A DNA stretch of 64,000 nucleotides from Paracoccaceae bacterium (GTDB taxonomy: Bacteria > Pseudomonadota > Alphaproteobacteria > Rhodobacterales > Rhodobacteraceae). The stretch covers positions 4,963-68,962 of the forward strand of contig JBKBOF010000002.1 in the NCBI GenBank assembly GCA_046294955.1. Direction: 5' to 3'. Below the pieces are notes generated by a model. That model saw only the letters and a program-made list of their open reading frames with translations. It was not told where the DNA came from and searched no databases. How positions within the stretch are numbered: the stretch's first letter is position 1; the number at the start of each line of letters is the position of its first letter. The translations under genes and the position numbers were made by a program. Positions 41,339-50,728 of this stretch are shown here, in pieces.

Positions 41339-43228
41339 ATGACTGATCCCCGGCCCAACGACGACGCCGACTTCGCTTCTGGGCAGGATGCTGTGCCGCC
41401 CATGGTCCGCCTTCGGTTGCTGGCGACCAGCGATCTGCACATGCATCTGATGGCGCATGACTATCACGCCGATGTCTCAAGCGCACAGCATGGCTTGTGC
41501 TTGACTGCAACCTTGATTGCACAGGCCCGTGCCGAGGTGGAAGGCGCTGTTCTTGTGGACAATGGCGATTTTCTTCAAGGCAGCCCCTTGGGCGACTATG
41601 TGGCCCGGGTCGGCCATCGGCCGCATCCGATGATCCAAGCCATGGCCCACCTCGGCTATGACGCGGTAAACATCGGCAATCACGAATTTTCACATGGGCT
41701 CGACACGCTGACCACCGCGTTGCGGGACGCGCCTTTTCCGGTGATCTCCGCCAACACCGAGGCAGCGGTCGGCAGCGGCATTCAAGGCTTGCTGACGGCG
41801 TGGACAATCCTTGATCGCACTTTGACGGATGGCGCGGGCCAAGCCCAAAAGCTGCGGGTCGGCATCATCGGCGTGCTGCCACGCGAAACCGAAATCTGGG
41901 ACAAGCAGGCCATTGCCGGACAGGTCAGGATGACGCCGATGGCTGCAACTGTCGCCAACAAGATACCCGAACTTCGGGCTGCCGGGGCAGATGTGGTGGT
42001 GGTCCTCGCCCATTGTGGCACCGGCGGCCCTCAGGACGGCACTGTCCTGTCGGATGGGGCGATGAAAATCGCACAGATCGACGGTGTCGATGCGGTCGTC
42101 ATGGGACATGTTCACATGGTGTTTCCGGGGCCAGGTATTGCTCAGTCCGCAGGGGTTGACCCAAAGGCTGGTACATTGAATGGCAAACCAGCGGTCCTGC
42201 CGGGTTTTTTCGGATCCCACCTCGGGGTCATCGATCTGACATTGGAAAAAGGGGCGACAGGTTGGCGCGTAGCAGCCCAGCATGTTGAAACGCGAGCCAT
42301 CGCAACCCGAGATTCTACTGGCGTATCGCGTGCCGTCATTGCGCCGGATCCCGCGCTTGTGGCCCTGATCGAACCCGTGCATCAAGCCGCGCGTGCTTGG
42401 GCGCGCAGGCCGATCGGGCACACACCGCACGCCATACACAGCTTTTTTGCATTGATAACCGATTGCCCGTCGGTGCAGCTCGTCAATCAGGCCCAGGCAG
42501 CCTATGTTACCAACAGGTTGTCTGGCGGCCCTTTGGCGCATTTGCCCGTGCTGTCCACCACGGCCCCCTTTCGGGCTGGAGGGCTGGGGGGGCCAGAGAA
42601 CTACACCTTCATTCCACCGGGTGACCTTTTGCTGCGACATGCGGCTGATCTTTACATACACCCCAACACTATCATGGCGCTTCGCCTGACCGGTGCCGAC
42701 CTTCGATGCTGGCTTGAACACTCGGTGCAAGGCTATTTCCAAATCATTCCGGGGATTGCCGACCAGCCCCTCATCGGCCCGGATCTTCCATCGTTCCTGT
42801 ATGACACGATTGGGGGGCTGACCTACCACATCGACCTGTCTGAACCGAGGGGTGGTCAACGCATTCACGATCTGCGCTGGCAAGGCGCTCCGCTTGACCC
42901 GAAGCAAGATTTCATTTTGGCCACCAACAGCTATCGCGGATCCGGAAGCGGGGGTGCGGCCCCCGTGGAAAACGCCAGCGTGGTCTTGGCCGATCAGGTC
43001 CAAAACCGTGATATCCTTATCGACTACATGGCCAGCAGAACACTCGGATCGGACTCATTGCAGCCATTCGCGCCCCCCGGATGGCGGTTCCGGAAGATGC
43101 AGGGCACCTCTGTTGTTTTCGATACAAGTCCCTTGGCCGTTCCGTATCTGTCAGACTACCGCGGTCTTGCGCTTACCCCGCTTTATCGCACCAAGGACGG
43201 CTTCCTGCGCATCAGACTGACACTGTAG
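41339..43228 (+). CDS. 2',3'-cyclic-nucleotide 2'-phosphodiesterase/3'-nucleotidase (CpdB-like), no evident signal peptide
   Basis: TSDLH, DNGD.LQG, GNHEF, GHVH metallophosphoesterase motifs; 5'-nucleotidase C-domain (ADLYIHPNT, ATNSYR). Confidence 0.88.
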   Translation: MTDPRPNDDADFASGQDAVPPMVRLRLLATSDLHMHLMAHDYHADVSSAQHGLCLTATLIAQARAEVEGAVLVDNGDFLQGSPLGDYVARVGHRPHPMIQAMAHLGYDAVNIGNHEFSHGLDTLTTALRDAPFPVISANTEAAVGSGIQGLLTAWTILDRTLTDGAGQAQKLRVGIIGVLPRETEIWDKQAIAGQVRMTPMAATVANKIPELRAAGADVVVVLAHCGTGGPQDGTVLSDGAMKIAQIDGVDAVVMGHVHMVFPGPGIAQSAGVDPKAGTLNGKPAVLPGFFGSHLGVIDLTLEKGATGWRVAAQHVETRAIATRDSTGVSRAVIAPDPALVALIEPVHQAARAWARRPIGHTPHAIHSFFALITDCPSVQLVNQAQAAYVTNRLSGGPLAHLPVLSTTAPFRAGGLGGPENYTFIPPGDLLLRHAADLYIHPNTIMALRLTGADLRCWLEHSVQGYFQIIPGIADQPLIGPDLPSFLYDTIGGLTYHIDLSEPRGGQRIHDLRWQGAPLDPKQDFILATNSYRGSGSGGAAPVENASVVLADQVQNRDILIDYMASRTLGSDSLQPFAPPGWRFRKMQGTSVVFDTSPLAVPYLSDYRGLALTPLYRTKDGFLRIRLTL

Positions 43229-43318
43229 CCAAAGTGCATGTCTTTGCCTGCGCGACGCAATCTGATACTCCGTCAGAATTATCGGGCGGGACGGCCCGGA
43301 AACGCAAAGGGCCTGATC

Positions 43319-43954
43319 GTGTTTGACGCCGTATTTTTCGACCTTGACGGCACCTTGGTGGACAGTGAACGCCTATCGCTGCAATCGGGGTCCAAAGCCT
43401 TTGCGGCGCAAGGCCACGACAACATGAATGAACTTTTGCATAGTCTTGTCGGGGTCGATCAAGGCACCGCCGCTACGCTTATTCTTGCGCGTTGCCCGGG
43501 CATAGATCTGGCCGGGCTGAATGCAGAATGGGAATCAGCCTTTCTGAAGGCACAAAACCTTGAGCTTATTCTGAAACCCGGGGCGTCCGACATCGTTCAC
43601 GGCCTGCGCAACAGCCATTCGCTTGCCCTTGTCACGTCATCGCGCCGCGATCCTGCCGAGGCCCGTCTGGTGCAAGCTGGCCTGCGTCCGGCGTTTCACG
43701 CAGTCGTCACCCGCGATGACGTGTCAGAGCCGAAACCACATCCTGAACCCTACCTTCTGGCCGCCAGCCGTCTTAATGTGGACCCGTCTCGCTGTCTGGT
43801 GTTCGAAGACAGCGAACCGGGGGCCGAAGCGGCATGGTCGGCAGGCATGACCGTGGTTCAGGTGCCCGATATCATTCCTGCATCCGGTCGCTTTGCCCAT
43901 CATGTCGCACCAAGCCTGACCGACGGCGCCCGTTGGGCCGGGATCTGGGTCTAG
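43319..43954 (+). CDS. HAD-IA family phosphatase
   Basis: FDLDGTLVDSE, TSS, KPHPEPY, FEDS. GTG start. Confidence 0.9.
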   Translation: MFDAVFFDLDGTLVDSERLSLQSGSKAFAAQGHDNMNELLHSLVGVDQGTAATLILARCPGIDLAGLNAEWESAFLKAQNLELILKPGASDIVHGLRNSHSLALVTSSRRDPAEARLVQAGLRPAFHAVVTRDDVSEPKPHPEPYLLAASRLNVDPSRCLVFEDSEPGAEAAWSAGMTVVQVPDIIPASGRFAHHVAPSLTDGARWAGIWV

Positions 43955-43958
43955 GGGC

Positions 43959-43987
43959 TTGCACAATCCACCGCCCTGCCCTATCTG
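43959..43987 (+). promoter_or_regulatory. Sigma70-like promoter of ffs
   Basis: TTGCAC-17 nt-TATCTG directly upstream of the SRP RNA. Confidence 0.55.
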
Positions 43988-43990
43988 AGC

Positions 43991-44090
43991 GGTGAGAGGT
44001 TGGCGCGGGCGAGCGCCTCGCCAACCCGGTCAGGTCCGGAAGGAAGCAGCCGTAACGAGCCCCGCTTGGGTCGTTGTCCAGCCTCTCACC
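43991..44090 (+). ncRNA. ffs: Signal recognition particle 4.5S RNA
   Basis: Domain IV CCGGTCAGGTCCGGAAGGAAGCAGCCG; terminal stem GGTGAGAGG/CCTCTCACC. Confidence 0.97.
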
Positions 44091-44136
44091 CTTTCCTTCC
44101 CCTTTTGTCCGATTGTGTATCGGCTCAATCGCTGGA

Positions 44137-44811
44137 TCAGACCAACGTAAGCAGCGCGCGTGCGGCCTGTTCGGATGAGGCAGGATTCTGTCCAGTCACC
44201 AGCTTGCCGTCTGTCAGGACAAAGGGGTTCCAGTCCGGGCCTTTGCCATACTGGCCGCCATTGGCGGTCAACATGTCTTCGATCAGAAATGGCACAACGT
44301 TCGTCAGGCCAACGGCGTCTTCTTCCGAATTGGTGAAACCGGTCACGCTTTTTCCCGACACGATGGGTTTGCCGTCGCGCGCCACCGGATGTTTGAATAC
44401 CGCTGGTGCATGGCACACTGCACCTATCGGCCGATCCGCCGCCGCGAAGGCTTCGATCAGGGCAATGCTGTGGCTGTCTTCGGCCAAGTCCCAAAGGGGA
44501 CCATGCCCACCGGGAAAGAAGATCGCGCTGTAATCGTCTGCCGACACCGTCGAAAGCACGGCCGTGTGCGCCAAAGCCTTTTGCGCAGCGTCATCACCCT
44601 TGAAGCGTGCGGTGGCTTCGGTCTGGGCATCGTCTGCATCGCTTGCAGGATCAAGCGGCGGCTGCCCGCCCTTCGGCGAGGCCAGTGTGACTTCGGCACC
44701 CGCATCCTTGAACACGTAATAGGGGGCGGCGAATTCTTCGAGCCAGAAGCCCGTTTTCTTGCCCGTGTCGCCCAGCTGATCGTGGGATGTCAAAACCATA
44801 AGAATCTTCAT
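44137..44811 (-). CDS. Type 1 glutamine amidotransferase-like DJ-1/PfpI/Hsp31 family protein
   Basis: MKILMVLTSH, TGFWLEE, PGGHGPLWDL, AVCHAP, TGQNPASS. Confidence 0.92.
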   Translation of the reverse strand: MKILMVLTSHDQLGDTGKKTGFWLEEFAAPYYVFKDAGAEVTLASPKGGQPPLDPASDADDAQTEATARFKGDDAAQKALAHTAVLSTVSADDYSAIFFPGGHGPLWDLAEDSHSIALIEAFAAADRPIGAVCHAPAVFKHPVARDGKPIVSGKSVTGFTNSEEDAVGLTNVVPFLIEDMLTANGGQYGKGPDWNPFVLTDGKLVTGQNPASSEQAARALLTLV

Positions 44812-45130
44812 TGTGTTCTATCCTGTCGTCATGTCAGTCATGCGCCGCATCCATCTGAACGATTGCAAATGCGGGGCGCCTCACGGGGTCAACAAACTGC
44901 GCCGTAAAATGTTCCGGCAGACGAAGCATTTCTACGCGGAAAGTCGGGATCCCTTACGTCAAGCGCAGGCCGCATTGCGCAAGTGGGAATCGCATACACT
45001 TGTACGCTGCACCGCTCTGCCCCACAGACTCAGTCCCCAAGACGCGATGATGGCAACCTTTTCCCGTTTCGGGCGTTGACCATGCAGATTGCAGGCCGAT
45101 CCGGCCTTGTCGCCCGAAAGGAATACCCAC

Positions 45131-45907
45131 ATGCGCCTTCATGCCCTCCCATTTCTACTGGTTGCCAGCCTCGGGGTTGCGGCCCCGGCAGTGGCGCAAA
45201 ACGATCTGCGCGACATCGTCACTGGCGTTGCCCGGTCGTTGGTCGCGCAGGAAGCCGACAAGGCGGCCTATCTGGAAGCACAGCGCCTGAATACCATCAG
45301 CGCCTACCGCAACTATCTGACGCAGTATCCAAAAGGTGCCTATCGGGCAAACGCCGAGCGGGCTTTGGCGACACTCGGTGTGGCAGCAGCCCCGACCAAT
45401 CCAGTGCCTGTCGCCGCTGCCAACATGAGTGCAGCCGCCACTGAAGCAGATATCGGTCTGACCCGCACGCAGCGCGTGCAATTGCAACGGCAGCTGACGG
45501 CGCTTGGCTACGCCACGGGCGTCGCCGACGGCCTTTGGGGGGCGAATACCCGATCAGCCATAGCGAACTGGCAATCAGCCAACAAGCTGCCAGCAACCAG
45601 ATACCTGACCGCATCGCAAGTCAGACTGATCGGCCAGCAGGCCGGTCCGGGCGTCGTGGCTGATACGGGCAATTCGGCATCAGACGACGACCGGATCGAA
45701 GAGCGTTTGCTCAGCCTGACCTCTACCGAACGGCGCGATATCCAACGGCGGCTCACGATGCTGGGATACAACACCCGGGGCGTTGACGGTGTCTTCGGTC
45801 GGAACACACGGCTTGCCATAGCCGCATGGCAACGAGACGAGGGCCTTCGCGCCAGCGGATACATCACCGCAGACCAGCTGAGGGAGCTGCGTCGCCAGAC
45901 CAGTTGA
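45131..45907 (+). CDS. Secreted peptidoglycan-binding protein (two PG_binding_1 domains)
   Basis: Signal peptide; QRQLTALGY..DGLWG.NTR.AI..WQ and QRRLTMLGY..DGVFG.NTR.AI..WQ repeats. Confidence 0.88.
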   Translation: MRLHALPFLLVASLGVAAPAVAQNDLRDIVTGVARSLVAQEADKAAYLEAQRLNTISAYRNYLTQYPKGAYRANAERALATLGVAAAPTNPVPVAAANMSAAATEADIGLTRTQRVQLQRQLTALGYATGVADGLWGANTRSAIANWQSANKLPATRYLTASQVRLIGQQAGPGVVADTGNSASDDDRIEERLLSLTSTERRDIQRRLTMLGYNTRGVDGVFGRNTRLAIAAWQRDEGLRASGYITADQLRELRRQTS

Positions 45908-46090
45908 CCCCCAGCGCATTGACATTGGCGGCGCGCCAAGGGTGCGCCGTCCGGAAAATCGGGCAAACCGGCCGTGCGCGAAGGCGGGCGTTGCAGCCTT
46001 TCCCCTCGACGGGTTGTGAACCTGTTGCCCGTGCGACCTGCGCAGGATATGAACCGCAGAACAACCGCCAGACCAAAGTGCGAGGCCTCC

Positions 46091-47611
46091 ATGAGCAGCT
46101 CAAAACCCGTTGTCCTGTGCATCCTTGACGGATGGGGGATCGGTCCTGTGCGTGAATGGGATGCGACCGCTTTGGCAAAGACGCCAAACTTTGACGCCTT
46201 AATGGCGACCTGCCCCAGTTCCACCCTGACCACCTTTGGCCCCGATGTCGGCCTGCCCACCGGGCAAATGGGCAATTCGGAAGTGGGTCACACCAATATT
46301 GGCGCGGGCCGAGTGGTGGCGATGGACCTTGGTGCCATTGATCTGGCGGTCGAGGACGGCAGCTTTGCCATAAACCCTGCCTTGCTGGCCTTTGCCGATG
46401 CAGTCAAGGCCAAGGCGGGCACGGCGCATCTGATGGGCGTTGTTTCCGACGGAGGCGTGCACGGCCACATCAACCATGTTCTTGCCGCGTGCCGTGCACT
46501 GACCGCGCTTGGCGTGCCTGTGGCGCTTCATGCCATCACAGATGGGCGTGATGTGCCCCCATCGTCCGCACTTGCCTTCGTCGAACATTTGGTCGCCACT
46601 TTGCCCCAAGGGGCAACGGTGGCCACCGTAATCGGGCGCTATTGGGCAATGGATCGCGACAATCGTTGGGATCGTGTGTCGCGCGCCTTTGCCGCCATGA
46701 TCCATGCCAACGGCGAAACAGCGCCCGACGCAGTTTCCGCTGTCATCCAATCTTATGCCAAGGGCGAAACCGACGAATTTATGGCGCCAACGGTAGTCGA
46801 TGGCTACCTCGGGGCACGCGACGGCGACGGCTTGTTCTGCCTCAATTTCCGCGCCGACCGCGCGCGTGAGATTCTTGCCGCCATCGGTCAGCCGGGTTTC
46901 GCCGCCTTTGACACCGGCCTGCGGCCCGCTTGGTCGGCCATGCTGGGCTTGGTGGAGTATTCCGACGCCCACAACGTCTATATTGCCACGGCCTTTCCAA
47001 AGCGGGTGATCGTGAACTGCCTTGGGGAATGGGTGGCGTCGCATGGCAAAACCCAATTCCGGCTGGCCGAGACAGAAAAATATCCCCATGTCACGTTTTT
47101 TTTGAATGGCGGGCGCGAGGTGCCGTTTGACGGTGAAAGACGGTTCATGCCGCAGTCCCCGAAGGTGGCCACCTATGACCTGCAACCCGAAATGAGCGAG
47201 CCTGAAGTGGCCGATCACTTGGTCGCCGCTATCGAGGCGGGATATGATCTGATCGTGGTCAACTTCGCGAACCCCGACATGGTCGGCCATACCGGTATGC
47301 TGGACGCGGCGATCAAGGCTTGCGAAGCGGTGGACACTGGTCTTGGCCGTGCGGTTGTTGCGCTGCAGGCCTGCGGCGGGGCGATGATTGTCACCGCAGA
47401 CCACGGTAATTGCGAACAGATGTGGGATCCGGTGACCAATGGGCCACATACGGCGCATACGCTCAATCCTGTGCCTGTGATCGTCATGGGGGCGCCAGTG
47501 GGGGCCCGACTGCGCGATGGCGGGCGACTTGCGGATCTGGCCCCGACCGTGCTGGATCTGATGGGTCTGCCGCAACCGTCCGAAATGACCGGGACAAGCC
47601 TGTTGAAATGA
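46091..47611 (+). CDS. gpmI: 2,3-bisphosphoglycerate-independent phosphoglycerate mutase
   Basis: ILDGWG, GQMGNSEVGH, AETEKYPHVT, DMVGHTG, TADHGN. Confidence 0.97.
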   Translation: MSSSKPVVLCILDGWGIGPVREWDATALAKTPNFDALMATCPSSTLTTFGPDVGLPTGQMGNSEVGHTNIGAGRVVAMDLGAIDLAVEDGSFAINPALLAFADAVKAKAGTAHLMGVVSDGGVHGHINHVLAACRALTALGVPVALHAITDGRDVPPSSALAFVEHLVATLPQGATVATVIGRYWAMDRDNRWDRVSRAFAAMIHANGETAPDAVSAVIQSYAKGETDEFMAPTVVDGYLGARDGDGLFCLNFRADRAREILAAIGQPGFAAFDTGLRPAWSAMLGLVEYSDAHNVYIATAFPKRVIVNCLGEWVASHGKTQFRLAETEKYPHVTFFLNGGREVPFDGERRFMPQSPKVATYDLQPEMSEPEVADHLVAAIEAGYDLIVVNFANPDMVGHTGMLDAAIKACEAVDTGLGRAVVALQACGGAMIVTADHGNCEQMWDPVTNGPHTAHTLNPVPVIVMGAPVGARLRDGGRLADLAPTVLDLMGLPQPSEMTGTSLLK

Positions 47612-48717
47612 TCCGCGCAGCCGTCCTTGCTCTGCTGCTCTTGGCCCCTTTCGCGCAGGCGCAGGGCGTGACGGATCAGGCGTCACAGGCATCGCGAGAT
47701 CTGCAAGCTGCGGTCGAAGCCTTGAAAGCCGCCACCGGATCAAAGGACCGCGTGGCCGCCCTGACCAAGACCATACGCGCCTATGAAGACGGACTGGCAG
47801 CCCTGCGTGAAGCGTTGCGACAGGCCCACTTGCGGGAAACCGCTCTGGGATTGCAGTTTCAGGCCAAGCGTGACCGGGTGGCGCAGCTGGTTGGCATTCT
47901 AAGCCAGTTGGAAAGCCGCCCTGGCCCACTGTTGCTGCTGCACCCGGCCGGGCCTTTGGGCACGGTGCGATCAGGCATGATGCTGGCGGAAGTCACGCCC
48001 GCGCTGCAAGCCGAGGCGGAAACCCTGAATGCCGAACTGACCGAACTGCGCAATCTGCGCGCTTTGCAGCAGGCGGCAGCGGAAACTCTGTCCAGCGGCC
48101 TTTCCGTGGTGCAAGAGGCACGAACGACACTTTCACAAGCCATCTCGGACCGGACCACACTGCCCCAAAGCATCACGGAAGACACCGAAACGTTGCGGGC
48201 CCTACTGCAAAGCGCGGATACTCTAGAAGCCTTTGCCGGCGGCCTTGCATTGGACACCTCTGATACCCGCAGCTTTGCTGATGCCAAAGGCACATTGCCC
48301 CTGCCGGCGCTTGGCACGCTGCTGCGGCGGTCAATGGAATCAGACGCCGCAGGGGTGCGGCGTCCGGGCATCACTTTGGCCACCCGCCCCCGCGCATTGG
48401 TAACAACGCCGTGGCCCGCAACCATCCGCTATCGGGGTCCCCTGCTTGACTACGGAAATGTGATCGTATTGGAGCCGGGAGGAGGCTATCTTATTATCCT
48501 TGCGGGGTTGGAAACGGTCTACGGAAGCGTAGGTGAGGTGGTGGCACCCGGTGCCGCCTTGGGCATGATGGGCGGAGGTGAGCCGGGGGTTGCTGAATTT
48601 CTGGCAGCCGCGCAAGAAGGTGGTGGCGTGCAAGGCACACAAACGCTCTATATGGAGCTTAGGCAAGGGGCTGACCCGGTCGATCCGGCCGAATGGTTCG
48701 CGGCATTGAGGGAATAG
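47608..48717 (+). CDS. envC: Murein hydrolase activator EnvC family (degenerate M23)
   Basis: Signal peptide, coiled coil, GPLLDYGNVIVL..LYMELR; gpmI-envC-ctpA synteny. Confidence 0.85.
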   Translation: MIRAAVLALLLLAPFAQAQGVTDQASQASRDLQAAVEALKAATGSKDRVAALTKTIRAYEDGLAALREALRQAHLRETALGLQFQAKRDRVAQLVGILSQLESRPGPLLLLHPAGPLGTVRSGMMLAEVTPALQAEAETLNAELTELRNLRALQQAAAETLSSGLSVVQEARTTLSQAISDRTTLPQSITEDTETLRALLQSADTLEAFAGGLALDTSDTRSFADAKGTLPLPALGTLLRRSMESDAAGVRRPGITLATRPRALVTTPWPATIRYRGPLLDYGNVIVLEPGGGYLIILAGLETVYGSVGEVVAPGAALGMMGGGEPGVAEFLAAAQEGGGVQGTQTLYMELRQGADPVDPAEWFAALRE

Positions 48718-48726
48718 GACGAGGCG

Positions 48727-50067
48727 ATGAAGAAGTTTGTGATGGCCGCGATCGGCGGTACCGTGGCCGGGGTCATCCTCACCACACAATTGGCTGCTCC
48801 TCTGATTGCGCAAGAGCAGACCCGCAACGCCAATGTCTATGAACAGCTTGATCTGTTCGGTGACATTTTTGAACGCGTGCGCGGGCAATATGTCGAAGAT
48901 GTGGACAGCAAAAAACTGATCGAAGCCGCGATCAACGGTATGTTGACGTCTCTGGATCCGCATTCCAACTACCTTGCGCCAAAAGATTTCAACGACATGC
49001 AGGTTCAGACCCGTGGCGAATTCGGCGGTCTTGGCATCGAGGTGACTCAGGAGGAGGGCTTTGTGAAGGTCGTCTCTCCCATGGACGACACGCCGGCTTT
49101 CGATGCCGGGATTGAATCGGGCGATTTCATCACGCATGTAAACGGCGAATCCGTGCTTGGACTGACGTTGGATCAGGCGGTGGAGATGATGCGTGGCCCG
49201 GTCGGTTCTGAAATCATCATTACCGTAGTGCGCCAAGGCGTGACGGAGCCTTTCGATGTGTCGATTATCCGTGACACCATCAAATTGACGGCGGTCCGCA
49301 GTCGGGTGGTTGGCGACACGGTGGTTTTGCGCGTGACAACGTTCAATGACCAGACCTATTCCGGGTTGGAAGAAGGCTTAAAGAAATCGGTCGCCGAGAT
49401 TGGCGGGATGGACAAGGTGAATGGCTTTGTCGTGGACCTGCGCAACAACCCCGGCGGGCTTCTGACACAAGCCATCAAGGTGTCGGATGCCTTTCTCGAC
49501 AAGGGGGAAATCGTCTCGACCCGTGGGCGAGAAGCGCGCGACAGCGAACGGTTCAACGCGCAACTGGGTGATCTTGCAGAAAGCAAACCCATTGTGGTGC
49601 TGATCAACGGCGGGTCCGCATCGGCATCGGAAATCGTGGCGGGCGCGTTGCAGGACCATCGCCGAGCCATCGTGGTCGGCACCAAGAGTTTCGGCAAAGG
49701 GTCGGTGCAAACCGTCATTCCGCTGCGGGGCGAAGGGGCGATGCGGCTGACCACGGCGCGCTATTACACGCCTTCGGGCCGGTCCATCCAATCATTGGGT
49801 GTCATGCCCGACATCGTGGTGAATCAGCCCCGCAAAGACCCCAACGCCGAGGTGCCAAAGGAGGAACCGGCAAGCGCTGTACGTCGTCAGACCTCGGAAG
49901 CGGACTTGCGAGGCGTATTGTCGAACGACTCCATGACCGAAGACGAGCGCAAGCTTCTGGAAGAAGAGCGTGCCCGCACGGAAGAAACTGCCAAACTGCG
50001 CGATGAAGATTACCAACTGGCCTATGCCGTTGACATTCTGCGCGGACTGGCAGCTGTCGCTCCCTGA
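48727..50067 (+). CDS. ctpA: Carboxy-terminal processing protease, S41 family
   Basis: LDPHS, GEFGGLGIE PDZ, DLRNNPGG, SASASEIV, SFGKGSVQ. Confidence 0.93.
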   Translation: MKKFVMAAIGGTVAGVILTTQLAAPLIAQEQTRNANVYEQLDLFGDIFERVRGQYVEDVDSKKLIEAAINGMLTSLDPHSNYLAPKDFNDMQVQTRGEFGGLGIEVTQEEGFVKVVSPMDDTPAFDAGIESGDFITHVNGESVLGLTLDQAVEMMRGPVGSEIIITVVRQGVTEPFDVSIIRDTIKLTAVRSRVVGDTVVLRVTTFNDQTYSGLEEGLKKSVAEIGGMDKVNGFVVDLRNNPGGLLTQAIKVSDAFLDKGEIVSTRGREARDSERFNAQLGDLAESKPIVVLINGGSASASEIVAGALQDHRRAIVVGTKSFGKGSVQTVIPLRGEGAMRLTTARYYTPSGRSIQSLGVMPDIVVNQPRKDPNAEVPKEEPASAVRRQTSEADLRGVLSNDSMTEDERKLLEEERARTEETAKLRDEDYQLAYAVDILRGLAAVAP

Positions 50068-50136
50068 TCTGTGATGGGGAAGGGGCGTCCCTTTCCCACC
50101 CGCCTTTGCAGATGTCAAACCGAAGTTGGTCCTCCG

Positions 50137-50622
50137 ATGACAATCGATCCCGAAACCTTGCCCTACCGTCCGTGTGTCGGGGTGACGCTGATCAATGCGA
50201 AAGGGCAGATCTGGACTGGCCAGCGGATCGACAGTCCCAGCCCGGCATGGCAAATGCCACAAGGCGGTATCGACAGCGGTGAGAAACCGCGCGAGGCCGC
50301 CTTACGCGAATTGTGGGAAGAAACCGGCGTGACCCGCGATCTGGTTGACTTTATTGACAAAACCCACGGTTGGGTCACTTATGATCTGCCTCCCGATTTA
50401 TTGGGCAAAGTCTGGAACGGGAAATACCGTGGCCAGAAACAGAAATGGTTCCTGATGCGCTACCTCGGTCGCGACGACCAGATCAGCATCGACCGTGACC
50501 ACCCTGAGTTTTCAGCCTGGAAATGGATTGGTGCCCAAGAAATGCTGGCGGCCATCGTCCCCTTCAAACGCTCTGTTTATGACAAGGTCGTGCGCAGCTT
50601 CCGGGACCACCTGGCCGATTAG
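50137..50622 (+). CDS. rppH: RNA pyrophosphohydrolase
   Basis: [35 protein letters not shown]. Confidence 0.95.
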   Translation: MTIDPETLPYRPCVGVTLINAKGQIWTGQRIDSPSPAWQMPQGGIDSGEKPREAALRELWEETGVTRDLVDFIDKTHGWVTYDLPPDLLGKVWNGKYRGQKQKWFLMRYLGRDDQISIDRDHPEFSAWKWIGAQEMLAAIVPFKRSVYDKVVRSFRDHLAD

Positions 50623-50728
50623 CCCATGGCGCGCCAGCGGGTCCACGTTGACACAGCGACAAGGTTTGTCCGTGGCAACGCAGTTGCGGGTGGCTCGATG
50701 CCACCCACGACTGCCCGCCCGGTCAGAA

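Noticed and set aside
46199-47929. Long antisense ORFs (576 aa here; also 56398-57954, 51948-53402, 41690-43003, 16297-17634, 33854-35149)
   Set aside because: Shadow ORFs opposite well-supported genes, expected from GC-rich codon bias; no recognisable motifs.
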